Assembly (NCBI GenBank): GCA_963718565.1
Contig: OY970364.1
Span: 448,001-512,000, forward strand
Direction of reading: 5' to 3'
DNA length: 64,000 nucleotides
From: an uncultured Verrucomicrobiae bacterium
GTDB taxonomy: Bacteria; Chlamydiota; Chlamydiia; Chlamydiales; Rhabdochlamydiaceae
In this document: positions 20,213-30,286 of the stretch, piece by piece
Layout of the letters: every line of letters starts with the position of its first letter
How positions within the stretch are numbered: the first letter of the stretch is position 1
Translations under genes and position numbers: made by a program
The notes under the pieces: generated by a model
Seen by the model: only the letters and a program-made list of their open reading frames with translations
Databases searched by the model: none
Told to the model about the DNA's origin: nothing

Positions 20213-20906
20213 GCAGTCCTAGTTTTTCGAAGTTCTCTTTCAGGTCATGATTTTCAGCTTTGTCAAAAGCACCGCTGGAGGCAAGCCAAGCGACATAGTC
20301 TTTGGGCACTTCCGCAAGAAGCTTGCCCTGATGTTTACCAAAAGGCATTCGGCTCAAGACTTGTGGACGCGCAAGCAGGCTGAGGACTTGTTCCGTGGAA
20401 AGATCATCAATCATCGCGGAAAAAACTTGGTGCAGTACGATTACGTCGTCTAGCGCTCGGTGGGCTTGATTAGCTGGAAGACCGTAGACTTCTCGCAATG
20501 ATTGCAACGTATGCCTCGGTAAGTCTCCACGGTATTTTCGTGCCCATTTTAGCGTGTCGACAAAACGAAACTGCGGAAATTCCATCCCAGATCTTTTGAA
20601 TTCTTGCTCTAGGAATAGCTTATCAAAGGCGTCATTATTGTGCGCAATCAATACGGTCCCTGGAGGGCAAAAGGCGATAAAAGATTCAGCGACCTCTTTA
20701 AAAAAAGGAGCAGTAGCGACCATTGCATCAGTAATATTGTGAATGGCAGTTACCTCCTTGGGAATGGGACACCCTGGATTAATAAACTGGCAAAAAGTTC
20801 GGTTTTCTATCGGATCAAAAGCTGCAAGTTCAACGATTCGATCTTTATCGTTACGAACTCCAGTCGTTTCCGTGTCATAGTAGATGGGGCGAAAGCGTTT
20901 CGACAT
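20205..20906 (-). CDS. dnaQ: DnaQ-like DEDDh 3'-5' exonuclease with C-terminal PFGKH domain
   Basis: YDTETTG, AHNNDAFD, AHRALDD, MPFGKHQG. Confidence 0.85.
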   Translation of the reverse strand: MSKRFRPIYYDTETTGVRNDKDRIVELAAFDPIENRTFCQFINPGCPIPKEVTAIHNITDAMVATAPFFKEVAESFIAFCPPGTVLIAHNNDAFDKLFLEQEFKRSGMEFPQFRFVDTLKWARKYRGDLPRHTLQSLREVYGLPANQAHRALDDVIVLHQVFSAMIDDLSTEQVLSLLARPQVLSRMPFGKHQGKLLAEVPKDYVAWLASSGAFDKAENHDLKENFEKLGLLN

Positions 20907-21016
20907 GGCATCCTAATTTAGCGAGGGTCATTTTCTCTCAAATTATACGGAAGACAATAAATATTTGCATCGATTCATTCGGAGTGATATCCTTTTGCTT
21001 CATTTTGAGGTTTTCT

Positions 21017-21607
21017 ATGAAAAGATCTTTATGTGCGTTTCTGCTTTTTTCTCTGTGTGCTGCGCCTATTGTTTCACTAGAAAAAGAGCCCATTGCAAAT
21101 TATCAAGTGCTGTTTTCTCCCGAGGACAACGTTGCGGATGAACTGATTTCTCTCATCCAAAAAGAGCAGAAAAGCATCAAAGCTGCTGTCTATTGTTTAA
21201 TGCATCGCGGCATTGCTAAAGCTTTGATCGAGGCATATCAACGCGGAGTAGATGTAGAAGTCATTGTCGATCCTTATTCCGTCAAGTCGCGTTCACCCGT
21301 AAAAAAAATGCGCGAGGCCAATGTTCCGATTTTTGTGTGGAACCCTTCTCTTCCCACAATTGAGGTCAAAAATGGAAGAAAAGTAAAAAAGCGTCGCCCG
21401 TTGATGCACGATAAGTTTTGCGTTCTTGGAAATAATTTGGTTTGGACCGGGTCCTTTAATTTCACTTTTGAAGGAACTCATAACAATCGCGAAAATGTCG
21501 TTATTCTAGAAAGTAAAGAAATTGCTTCATGCTATCTTGGAGAATTTGAACGTCTAAAGCAAGAAGGTTGCCAAACTTTCAATGAATATCTTTCTCAAGT
21601 AAAATAG
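21017..21607 (+). CDS. Secreted single-domain phospholipase D/Nuc-family protein
   Basis: Signal peptide; FSPED, MHDKFCVLG...TGSFN...NREN. Confidence 0.88.
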   Translation: MKRSLCAFLLFSLCAAPIVSLEKEPIANYQVLFSPEDNVADELISLIQKEQKSIKAAVYCLMHRGIAKALIEAYQRGVDVEVIVDPYSVKSRSPVKKMREANVPIFVWNPSLPTIEVKNGRKVKKRRPLMHDKFCVLGNNLVWTGSFNFTFEGTHNNRENVVILESKEIASCYLGEFERLKQEGCQTFNEYLSQVK

Positions 21608-21676
21608 ATTTTTATCTTCTTATTTTTCTATGAGAAGGTTATCCTTTTCTCAACGCATTCGAATTGGAGTTTTTTC

Positions 21677-21838
21677 GTGAAGAAAATCTCGCTTTTATTA
21701 CTTCTGATTACAGTATCAGCTATCTTTGTAGGGTGCTATCAAATCCACTCGGATGACGATTTAAGGACGATTCCTGTGACAAATAACCCCAATATTGTCC
21801 CCAACCAAGGTAGGATACTTCCCTCAGCGCCTATGTGA
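21677..21838 (+). CDS. Small lipoprotein, 53 aa (absent from the ORF track)
   Basis: GTG start after GGAG RBS; MKKISLLLLLITVSAIFVG-C lipobox, then YQIHSDDDLRTIPVTNNPNIVP. Confidence 0.75.
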   Translation: MKKISLLLLLITVSAIFVGCYQIHSDDDLRTIPVTNNPNIVPNQGRILPSAPM

Positions 21839-21913
21839 GCAAAAATCGTGGATTTAATTCAAATTCTTCGTTATACCGGAAGTGATTCAAAAGTTGAGTT
21901 TAAACCTTAGGAA

Positions 21914-22960
21914 ATGAAAAAGCATACCCCCGTAAAATATCGTTTTTTCCCCAGTGATGCTGCTAAAGTGATTACCGAGCTTGGTAAAGATGTTCTGCTC
22001 GGGCAACTCAAAAAAATGCTATTGATACGCAACTTTGAAATTCGTGCAGAAGCAGCGTATCTTCAAGGTAAAATTGGCGGTTTCTTTCATTCGTATATGG
22101 GGCAGGAAGCTGTGCAGGCAGCTGCTGTCTGTACGATGGGTATAGAACAATGGTGGATTACCTCCTACAGATGTCATGCACTGGCGCTTTTGCTCGGGGC
22201 GACCCCGAATGAGCTTATGGCAGAGCTCTTTGGAAGGGCGACTGGTAATGCGAGAGGGCGCGGAGGGTCGATGCACTTCTTTACAGATCGGATGCTCGGC
22301 GGCTTTGGCATCGTCGCAGGTCAAATTCCGATCGGAACAGGAGCTGCTTTTACTATCAAATATTTACAATCCATTCCCGAACTTAACAGCCGAAAAAATT
22401 GCGATGTCGCTGTGACTTTTTTCGGAGATGGCGCTGTTGCGCAGGGCGCTTTCCATGAGTCCCTTAATTTGGCAGCACTTTGGGATCTCCCTTGCATCTA
22501 CGTCCTCGAAAATAATCAATGGGGGATGGGAACCCATGTGGAGCGGGCGGTCTCAGTTGAACCTATCGCAGAAAAAAAAGCTCCTAGCTTTGGCATCACA
22601 GGATATACTTTTGACGGGATGGATTTCTTCAACTGCTATGCTGGGTTTAAGCACGTTTTTCAAGAAACTAAAAAAACCTCACGTCCTGTCCTTGTTGAAG
22701 TGGTCACTGAGCGCTTTCGCGGCCATTCGATTTCTGATCCGGCCCTTTATCGATCTAAAGAAGAGTTACAGACATGCTTGGCCCGTGACCCGCTTGTCAT
22801 CATGTTTAAAACATTGGAAAATGCCGGTTTCATTACGGAAGAACAGTATCACGCCATGGACAAAGAACAAAAAGAGATTGTTCTCGCAGCCTTGAAATTT
22901 GCTGAAGAAAGTCCGTGGCCTGACCCAATTCTTCTTGAAGAAGATGTTTTTGCGCCTTAA
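21914..22960 (+). CDS. pdhA: Pyruvate dehydrogenase E1 alpha
   Basis: GRGGSMH, GDGA TPP motif, RFRGHSISDP. Confidence 0.97.
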   Translation: MKKHTPVKYRFFPSDAAKVITELGKDVLLGQLKKMLLIRNFEIRAEAAYLQGKIGGFFHSYMGQEAVQAAAVCTMGIEQWWITSYRCHALALLLGATPNELMAELFGRATGNARGRGGSMHFFTDRMLGGFGIVAGQIPIGTGAAFTIKYLQSIPELNSRKNCDVAVTFFGDGAVAQGAFHESLNLAALWDLPCIYVLENNQWGMGTHVERAVSVEPIAEKKAPSFGITGYTFDGMDFFNCYAGFKHVFQETKKTSRPVLVEVVTERFRGHSISDPALYRSKEELQTCLARDPLVIMFKTLENAGFITEEQYHAMDKEQKEIVLAALKFAEESPWPDPILLEEDVFAP

Positions 22961-22986
22961 ATCATGAAAAACTAAAGATCATCACC

Positions 22987-23967
22987 ATGCCGATGCAAAT
23001 TGTAGAGATGCGCGAAGCGATACGCCAAGCATTAGACGAGGAAATGCAACGAGACCCTACCGTTGTGATCATAGGAGAAGAGGTCGCCGAGTACAACGGT
23101 GCTTATAAAATCACGAAAGGAATGCTCGATAAATGGGGCCCAATGCGCGTCATCGACACTCCGATTTCAGAACTCGGATTTGCAGGCCTAGGTGTGGGTG
23201 CGGCGATGACCGGATTGCGTCCAGTCATTGAATTCATGAGTTTTAATTTCTCTTTTGTTGGCATTGATCAGATCATCTCCAATGCAATTAAGATGTATTA
23301 CATGTCGGGCAATCGTTTTAGCGTACCCATAGTTTTCCGCGGACCCAATGGAGCTGCCGCTCAAGTGTCTTCTCAGCATTCCCATTGCGTCGAAGCCATT
23401 TATGGCAATTTTCCGGGATTAATCATCATCGCCCCTGGTAATTCTTACGATGCGAAAGGACTGCTAAAATCTGCAATCCGCAATAACAATCCTGTCCTTT
23501 TCTTAGAAAACGAACTCTCTTATGGCGATAAAATGGAGATTCCAACTGAAGAGTATCTGATTCCCATTGGCAAGGCCAAAGTTGTCTGTGAAGGAAAGCA
23601 CGTCACTCTTGTCTCTCATAGTCGCATGGTCAATTCATGCAAGCAGGCTGCCGATGAGCTTACTAAGAAAGGAATCAGCGTTGAATTAATCGATCTGAGA
23701 ACGATCAAGCCGCTGGATATCACTGCAATTGCTGAATCGGTGCGAAAAACACACCGTTGTGTTCTTGTCGAAGAAGGTCACGTTTTTGCGGGGATTTGTG
23801 CTGAGGTGGGTTTTGAGGTCATGGAGCATTGCTTCGACGATCTCGATGCTCCGATCATCCGTGTTACTCAAAGAGAAACGCCAATGCCCTACTCCAAAGC
23901 TTTGGAAAAAGAAACCATGCCGACAAAAGAGCGCATCCTTGCTGCCATTGAACAAGTTTTAGCTTAA
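22987..23967 (+). CDS. pdhB: Pyruvate dehydrogenase E1 beta
   Basis: DTPISELGFAG, EFMSFNF, SQHS, DLRTIKPLD. Confidence 0.97.
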   Translation: MPMQIVEMREAIRQALDEEMQRDPTVVIIGEEVAEYNGAYKITKGMLDKWGPMRVIDTPISELGFAGLGVGAAMTGLRPVIEFMSFNFSFVGIDQIISNAIKMYYMSGNRFSVPIVFRGPNGAAAQVSSQHSHCVEAIYGNFPGLIIIAPGNSYDAKGLLKSAIRNNNPVLFLENELSYGDKMEIPTEEYLIPIGKAKVVCEGKHVTLVSHSRMVNSCKQAADELTKKGISVELIDLRTIKPLDITAIAESVRKTHRCVLVEEGHVFAGICAEVGFEVMEHCFDDLDAPIIRVTQRETPMPYSKALEKETMPTKERILAAIEQVLA

Positions 23968-23978
23968 AAGGTTCATCT

Positions 23979-25280
23979 ATGCCATTTACCATGACAATGC
24001 CAAAACTTTCCCCGACAATGGAAGAGGGGACGATTGTAAAGTGGCGCAAAAAAGAAGGTGAATTTGTCAAAGCCGGAGAAGTGCTTTTTGAAGTCGCCAC
24101 AGACAAGGCAACGGTAGAGCACACTGTTTTGGACGAAGGTTGGCTACGCAAAATTCTCATCAAAGAAGGGGAAACAGCGATAGTCAATCAACCGGTTGCG
24201 ATCTTTACAGAAACGAAAGAGGAAAGTATTGAAAGCTATCAGCCTGAAGGCGTGGTTGCAAAACCCCCTAAACCTGAACCTACTCCGGCCAAAGAGGAAG
24301 TCCCCGCAAAAGGACTGGCTCCAGCCGCTAAAGCTACTGGCGCGATGCAGCAGCCAGCTTTTGTTCCTGAACCTCCGCTTGCGCACTATTGCTTCCCTGG
24401 GCCTGAAGGAGAAGTTACTGGCCGCATTCCTGCTTCCCCACTTGCCAAAAAAATCGCAAAAGAAAGAGGCATCGATTTAACGACGATCAAAGGATCGGGC
24501 CCTAATGGGCGGATCTTGAGCCGCGATTTGGATCTTGCTCAACCTGCTGCGATCGTCACTTTTGGACGGCGTGAGACTCCCACGACTATGCCGGGTACTT
24601 ACGAAGAAGTTTCTTTGTCCCCCATGCGAAAAATCATTGCTCAAAGACTTCAGGAATCCAAGACGTTTATCCCGCATTTTTATTGTACTCAAGAAATCCT
24701 GGCAGATAGAATGGTCTCTTTGAGAGGAGAGCTCGCAACAGCAGGCTTGAAAGTATCGTTCAACGATTTTATTATGCGCGCCTCCGCACTTGCATTAAGA
24801 GAACATCCGAATGTCAATTCCGGGTTTAATTCCGTGAACAATTCCCTGATCCGCTTCAAGACAATCGACATCTCAGTTGCTGTCAGTATGGAAACTGGCT
24901 TAATCACGCCGATTGTAAGGCATGCCGATTACAAAAATTTAGGTCAAATCTCTCAGGAAGTTAAGCTGCTTGCTGCACGTGCCCGCGAGGGAAAACTCAG
25001 CCGTGAAGAGTATACCGGCGGCTCATTTACAGTTTCTAATCTAGGGATGTTTGGCGTTTCCGAGTTTGTCGCCATCATTAATCCGCCGCAAGCCGCCATT
25101 CTGGCTATTGGCGGCATTGAGGACAAACCCATCGTAAAAGATGGCCAGATCGTCCCAGGAAAAACCCTAAAGCTCACCCTTTCCGCTGACCACCGCGTTT
25201 TAGATGGCACCGACGGAGCCAAATTTCTCAAAACCGTGCAAAAATATCTCGAGAACCCCTCATTGCTGCTATTGAGCTAA
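23979..25280 (+). CDS. pdhC: Pyruvate dehydrogenase E2 dihydrolipoamide acetyltransferase
   Basis: Lipoyl domain VATDKA, E3-binding ASPLAKK, DHRVLDG. Confidence 0.97.
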   Translation: MPFTMTMPKLSPTMEEGTIVKWRKKEGEFVKAGEVLFEVATDKATVEHTVLDEGWLRKILIKEGETAIVNQPVAIFTETKEESIESYQPEGVVAKPPKPEPTPAKEEVPAKGLAPAAKATGAMQQPAFVPEPPLAHYCFPGPEGEVTGRIPASPLAKKIAKERGIDLTTIKGSGPNGRILSRDLDLAQPAAIVTFGRRETPTTMPGTYEEVSLSPMRKIIAQRLQESKTFIPHFYCTQEILADRMVSLRGELATAGLKVSFNDFIMRASALALREHPNVNSGFNSVNNSLIRFKTIDISVAVSMETGLITPIVRHADYKNLGQISQEVKLLAARAREGKLSREEYTGGSFTVSNLGMFGVSEFVAIINPPQAAILAIGGIEDKPIVKDGQIVPGKTLKLTLSADHRVLDGTDGAKFLKTVQKYLENPSLLLLS

Positions 25281-25328
25281 TGTCTAATTGAGAGAAATGT
25301 TTTCATACTGAAGGAGTGACTTTTACTC

Positions 25329-25898
25329 ATGAAAGAAAATAAAAAGCGATGCTTCGGATCTGCTCCTGGCAAGGAGTTCTATGCAGAATACCATGACAAA
25401 GAATGGGGTGTTCCCGTTCATGACGATAGGCACCTATTTGAGATGCTCATCCTTGAAGGAGCCCAAGCGGGTTTAAGCTGGGAGGCAATCCTCAAAAGAC
25501 GAGAAGGATACCGGAAAGCTTTTTACCATTTTGATCCTGTCAAAGTCGCCAAAATGACGGACGACGAATTGAATAGCCTTCTTAAAAATCAAGGCATTGT
25601 TCGGAATCGTTTTAAAGTTTATGGTGCGCGCAAAAATGCGTTAGTTTTCTTACAAATCCAAAAGGAATTTGGTTCATTTTCCAAATACGTCTGGAACTTT
25701 GTGAATGGCAAATCCCTTGTAACGCGAAGAAAATCCCTTCAAGATATCCCTGCCTTTACTCCCATCAGTGAGGTCCTCTCAAAAGATCTTAAAAAGCGGG
25801 GGATGATCTTTGTGGGCCCCACAATCATGTATGCGTTCATGCAAGCAGTTGGACTTGTGGATGATCATCTTGCTGATTGTTGGTGTTCAAATCGTTAA
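25329..25898 (+). CDS. tag: DNA-3-methyladenine glycosylase I
   Basis: YHDKEWG, LEGAQAGLSW, FVGPTI, DDHLADC. Confidence 0.95.
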   Translation: MKENKKRCFGSAPGKEFYAEYHDKEWGVPVHDDRHLFEMLILEGAQAGLSWEAILKRREGYRKAFYHFDPVKVAKMTDDELNSLLKNQGIVRNRFKVYGARKNALVFLQIQKEFGSFSKYVWNFVNGKSLVTRRKSLQDIPAFTPISEVLSKDLKKRGMIFVGPTIMYAFMQAVGLVDDHLADCWCSNR

Positions 25899-26047
25899 AG
25901 GAGAACTTTCTAAGGAGCTTTAGTGAAAAGATTATTCATTGTTCTCCTCCAAAAACAATATAGGATATTCATTATGGAATATGTAAGTTGTGAATCCGCA
26001 TCTATATCTTCTTTTTCCGAATCGCAGCTTACCCACACTCTTCTCAG

Positions 26048-27121
26048 TCACTGATCCGAAGGTTTTTTGGAAGATAATTTTTCTTCTAGAGCTTTCAGTC
26101 GATTTTCCAGATTTTCAATTTGCTGGGTATATTCGATGATTTTACGGAGGTGCACTTGTTGTCGATTATATTCGGATAAATTCATCACGGGGCTGCCGGC
26201 ATATTTGCCTGGCTGGGTGATCGATTTGCTGACCCCGCCACGAGTGGCGATCATCACGTAGTCAGCGATCTCGAGATGGCCAACGACGCCTGCTTGGCCG
26301 CCAAAAATGACATTTTTTCCTGTTTTGGCGGACCCGGCAATTCCCGTCTGAGAAACAATGATGTTATCTGGACCGATATCTACATTGTGTCCAATTTGGA
26401 CGAGATTATCCATTTTAGTGCCTCGGCCAATGCGAGTGGATTTAAAACGGGCACGGTCAATTGTCGTATTGGCTCCGATTTCAACGTCATCTTCAATCAT
26501 GACCGTTCCGAGCTGCTCGAGTTTTGCGTGTTGACCTTTGGCGTCGGTAGTGTATCCGAAACCGCAGGAACCGATGACGGCTCCGGGTTGTAAAATCACG
26601 CGATTGCCAATAGTGCATTTCTCACGAACTGTCACATGGGCATGAAACTGGCAATGGTTGCCAATCGTAACACCGGGGCCAATAGAAGCGTGAGAGGCGA
26701 TGTGTGTGTGATCGCCAATAATCACGCACTGATCGATGACGGAATAGGGGCCAATGTGAACCTCTTTTCCAATCCTCGCAGTGGGGTGGATCACTGCCGT
26801 AGGATGAATCCCCAAAAATCCGGAGAGATTTCCGGAAGAGGGCAGGAGTGCTTTAACGATAGTTTGAAAGGCACGCGAAGGGTCATCCGAAACTAGGAAG
26901 TTTTTACCTTCCTCGGGCTGGGTTTCTTTATCGATACAGATGACCCCGGCTTTTGTCTCTTTGAGTAAAGAGCGATATTTTGGATTGGCTAAGAAAGACG
27001 CATCTTGCATGCAGGCAGCATCGAGCGCGTCGACTCCGGTGATGAGATAATCAGCGGGGCCGATTAAGTGTGACTGAGTGAGCTCGGCGAGCTCAGCAAG
27101 AGTGAATTTCTTAGACTCCAT
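26048..27121 (-). CDS. lpxD: UDP-3-O-acylglucosamine N-acyltransferase
   Basis: Hexapeptide repeats, GSCGFGY, IGANTTIDRA, DNLVQIGHN. Confidence 0.97.
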   Translation of the reverse strand: MESKKFTLAELAELTQSHLIGPADYLITGVDALDAACMQDASFLANPKYRSLLKETKAGVICIDKETQPEEGKNFLVSDDPSRAFQTIVKALLPSSGNLSGFLGIHPTAVIHPTARIGKEVHIGPYSVIDQCVIIGDHTHIASHASIGPGVTIGNHCQFHAHVTVREKCTIGNRVILQPGAVIGSCGFGYTTDAKGQHAKLEQLGTVMIEDDVEIGANTTIDRARFKSTRIGRGTKMDNLVQIGHNVDIGPDNIIVSQTGIAGSAKTGKNVIFGGQAGVVGHLEIADYVMIATRGGVSKSITQPGKYAGSPVMNLSEYNRQQVHLRKIIEYTQQIENLENRLKALEEKLSSKKPSDQ

Positions 27122-27124
27122 AAA

Positions 27125-27736
27125 TCACTTTTTAATCTCTGTTTTTTGATCGGCAGCTGGTTCTTCAGCAGGAATGGCTGCAGTTGCTGCTTGTTTTTTT
27201 GCCTCTTGAGCAAAGTTTTTATCCATCTCAGTGACGACGAGGCTGGTCACATCGAGAGCTGGTGTGAAGTAGAAACAAGCATCTTTATTGACAACCATGC
27301 TGAGTTTTTTATCCTTTGCAACCTTTTCTGAAGCAGAATTAATGCTATTTGCCAATGTCTGCATGATGCGCATGTTAGCTTGGTTCATCACCTGATAGTA
27401 TTGATTCTGATAGCGGCTGAGTTCTTCATTGAGTGTGCGAAACTTGATTTTGAGCTCTTCTTCTGCTTCGGGAGAAAGTCCATCAAGATATTCGGGATCA
27501 TTAAATTTTGCAGATAAATCACTGAGCTGTTTTTCGGTCTCTTCAAGAAGCGAGGACATCTGTTTTTTAAGAGACTCGAAAGAAGCTTGCTCCTGTTTAC
27601 CGAGCTTGGAATCACTGACGCAAGAACCGAAGTTGACGATACCAAAGCTTGGGGGGACTTCAGCGCTAAAAGCAGCGGTTGTCAGCAGGGTAGCAATAGA
27701 GCCAATTAATAATGCAGGGACAAAGCGACGTTTCAT
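27125..27736 (-). CDS. skp: OmpH/Skp periplasmic chaperone
   Basis: Start MKRRFV at 27736 gives a signal peptide; coiled coil; lies between bamA and lpxD. Confidence 0.9.
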   Translation of the reverse strand: MKRRFVPALLIGSIATLLTTAAFSAEVPPSFGIVNFGSCVSDSKLGKQEQASFESLKKQMSSLLEETEKQLSDLSAKFNDPEYLDGLSPEAEEELKIKFRTLNEELSRYQNQYYQVMNQANMRIMQTLANSINSASEKVAKDKKLSMVVNKDACFYFTPALDVTSLVVTEMDKNFAQEAKKQAATAAIPAEEPAADQKTEIKK

Positions 27737-27800
27737 AGGTTTTTCTCCTGGTTGTTCAGATCCCCGCATAAGGCGGGAATGATAATTATTGAAACTCATG

Positions 27801-30173
27801 TTAGAATTGGCCTCCCATTGAGAAGAAGAATTTGCGTACGCCAGCGCCTTCTTGGCGGTTGATCGGAAAGCCCACTCCGACGATAACGGGAACACGGTTG
27901 ATCAACTCTAAACGCGCACCCACACCGGCGGTGCATCTAAAAGTGGAAAAATGAAAGCGTCGTAAAGAGATGCTTCCCGCATCGGCAAACACAAATAAAT
28001 CCATGACAGGTAAAACTTCATGCAAATACTCAATCGAAAGGACGGTGGATGAGACACCGCCTGTAGGATCTCCTCCCTCAAAATGCGAACCTAAGTCAAA
28101 ATCGCGGTAGCCGCGGACTGAGGTTAAGCCACCAATGAAAAAGCGTTCGCTTAAAGGGACATCTTTCGGGCTAGTTGTTTTAAAAACAGGGTCAATAAAG
28201 CGGAGGTCCCAGCGATATTTCATAATTCCATGGCGCCAGAGTTGAGTATAATAGCTGTTGACATAAGCGAAGCGCAGGAAGGCGTAATCCCCCCAAATTC
28301 CGACAAATTCCGCTTCGAGAGAAGAACGGAATCCATTGTGCGGCTTGATAGCGCTATCGGTGGAGTCAAAAGTAAGTGAGGATCCAAGGCCTGAGATCAC
28401 TCCGTCATGATGAGCTTGTTTTTGCTCTTCTTCTGAGGTATGTCTTGAGACGTGGATGATCGAATTGCGGAACCGATATTTGGTCCCGAATGTCCAGTAG
28501 TAGTTCAGCGGGTAAGAAGCATAGAGGGAAAAACCAAAAGTGTTGATATCGTAATCATCGGAGATCAATCTACTATGGTTTTCCGAGACGTCGAAGCCGA
28601 CACGCCAGAGTGTATCGCGGAAATAGGGGGTTAGCCATGATAGTGTATATGTGCGCTGTTTTGCGCCCAAGCTGGCCCGAGCATGTGCATATTCCCCGCC
28701 GCCGCGTAGAGAAGAAAGGCCATCTTTGAAGACACGCGGAATTCCTTTATAACTAAAATTACTTTCAGAGAGGTCAAGGCCGCCAAAAACATCATCGGCG
28801 CTACTGAAACCAAAGAAAAGACTGATGTTGCCTGTGGTCGTCTCTTCAACTTCAATGTAAACATCGCGATAGTTTTCCCCGAGAGCCTGGTCATCTTGTG
28901 TTCGAACGGCATAGACATTGACGCTCTTAAAATATCCCATGTTTTCTAAGCGCTGCTGTGTCGCTTTTAACTTTGCGCTGTCAAATGTTTCGCCAGGAAT
29001 CAGGAGTGATTCACGTAAAATGACATGAGCTTCTGTTTGTACATTTCCGAAAACGCGCACCATGCCGATTTTATATTGTTCACCTTCGTCGATATGATAA
29101 TAGACATTGTAAACAGGTTCATTGGCCACGAGATGAGTCTCATATTGAACAGAAGAATCGATGTAGCCTTTTCGTCCATAGAGGTCTTTGATTGCTTGGG
29201 CAGACTCGCGTAATTTCTCAGGAGAATACACAGCTCCTGGGCGGGCTAGAAAGAGTTCATCGATCTGCTTATCCGTAAAAAGGGTATTGCCCTTGAAAGT
29301 GATTTTGCCAAAATGAAAAATTGGACCACGGTCAGCAACGATCTCTAAAATGATTTTTCCTTCGGTTTTGGCTTCTCTGACAAGGATATCGACTTTGGCA
29401 TCCGCATATCCGCGGTTTTGAAGTAAATTAATGATTGTCAATTTATCCTGTTCAAGCGCTTCCTCGTTATAGATCCCGGCTCCTGTTAACCAGCTCGTGA
29501 AAAGATTGTATTTCTTTGTGTAGATCATCCCAAGGATCTCGCTGCGCTCGCTCTTGGTGAAGCCCTTAAAAACAATATTGTCGATTTTCCCTGATCGTCC
29601 TTCACGTACCTCAACGGCAATGTCCACTTCGTTTGTCTTTGTATCGGGAATGATGATATATTGGAGCTGGGATTCGAAATAGCCCTTCTTGATGTAGTAC
29701 TCTTTGACTTTGTTGAAGGCTTTGTTAAAGGCTTGGCGGTTGAAGACGGCTTTCGGTTTGATTCCTAGTTCTTTTTGCAAGGTGCTTGTCTTAATGTGAG
29801 TATTGCCATGCCATTTGAGCGTCCGAATCGAGGGCCGGGGCCACACTTTAATCGAGATGTAGACCTCGCCATTTTGAACATGGATATTAGGTTCGATACG
29901 GTCATACTCATCTGAAAGAGTCTTAAGATCACTGTCAAAGGTCATTTGAGAGAAAGGATCGCCGACTTTGGTTTTCAAGCGTGAGATCACTGTCTTAGGA
30001 TCAAAAGAAGCATTGGGGGGAAGGTTTTCAGCTTGGATATCGATGTTTGCCACTTTTCGATCTTCAAAAGCTTCAACCGAAGGATATGTCGCCATCAGAG
30101 AATTCAAAGGCGCGCAAGTGAAGGCGATCAGAGATAGGTAGACGAGAATTTTTCTGCTCATGACGAGGTACAT
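27801..30173 (-). CDS. bamA: Outer membrane protein assembly factor BamA
   Basis: POTRA repeats, SVRGY motif, C-terminal Phe; start may be 30161. Confidence 0.96.
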   Translation of the reverse strand: MYLVMSRKILVYLSLIAFTCAPLNSLMATYPSVEAFEDRKVANIDIQAENLPPNASFDPKTVISRLKTKVGDPFSQMTFDSDLKTLSDEYDRIEPNIHVQNGEVYISIKVWPRPSIRTLKWHGNTHIKTSTLQKELGIKPKAVFNRQAFNKAFNKVKEYYIKKGYFESQLQYIIIPDTKTNEVDIAVEVREGRSGKIDNIVFKGFTKSERSEILGMIYTKKYNLFTSWLTGAGIYNEEALEQDKLTIINLLQNRGYADAKVDILVREAKTEGKIILEIVADRGPIFHFGKITFKGNTLFTDKQIDELFLARPGAVYSPEKLRESAQAIKDLYGRKGYIDSSVQYETHLVANEPVYNVYYHIDEGEQYKIGMVRVFGNVQTEAHVILRESLLIPGETFDSAKLKATQQRLENMGYFKSVNVYAVRTQDDQALGENYRDVYIEVEETTTGNISLFFGFSSADDVFGGLDLSESNFSYKGIPRVFKDGLSSLRGGGEYAHARASLGAKQRTYTLSWLTPYFRDTLWRVGFDVSENHSRLISDDYDINTFGFSLYASYPLNYYWTFGTKYRFRNSIIHVSRHTSEEEQKQAHHDGVISGLGSSLTFDSTDSAIKPHNGFRSSLEAEFVGIWGDYAFLRFAYVNSYYTQLWRHGIMKYRWDLRFIDPVFKTTSPKDVPLSERFFIGGLTSVRGYRDFDLGSHFEGGDPTGGVSSTVLSIEYLHEVLPVMDLFVFADAGSISLRRFHFSTFRCTAGVGARLELINRVPVIVGVGFPINRQEGAGVRKFFFSMGGQF

Positions 30174-30234
30174 TCCATTGGGCGTAACAAATCGAGTTAC
30201 CGATTATAAGGAAACCAAGGGAATATTTGCAAAA

Positions 30235-30285
30235 TATACCGAAACAACCCAGCCAAAAACCGATTCTTCATGTTGTTTCGGTATA
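30235..30285. repeat. 51-bp mini element with family C-like termini
   Basis: TATACCGAAACAAC...GTTGTTTCGGTATA, a 14-bp perfect IR. Confidence 0.8.
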
Positions 30286-30286
30286 C

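Noticed and set aside
27737..27895. Extended N-termini of skp (also rpiA, Nif3, lgt and ridA) in the ORF track
   Set aside because: They overlap neighbouring genes or repeats; downstream starts match the expected protein N-termini.
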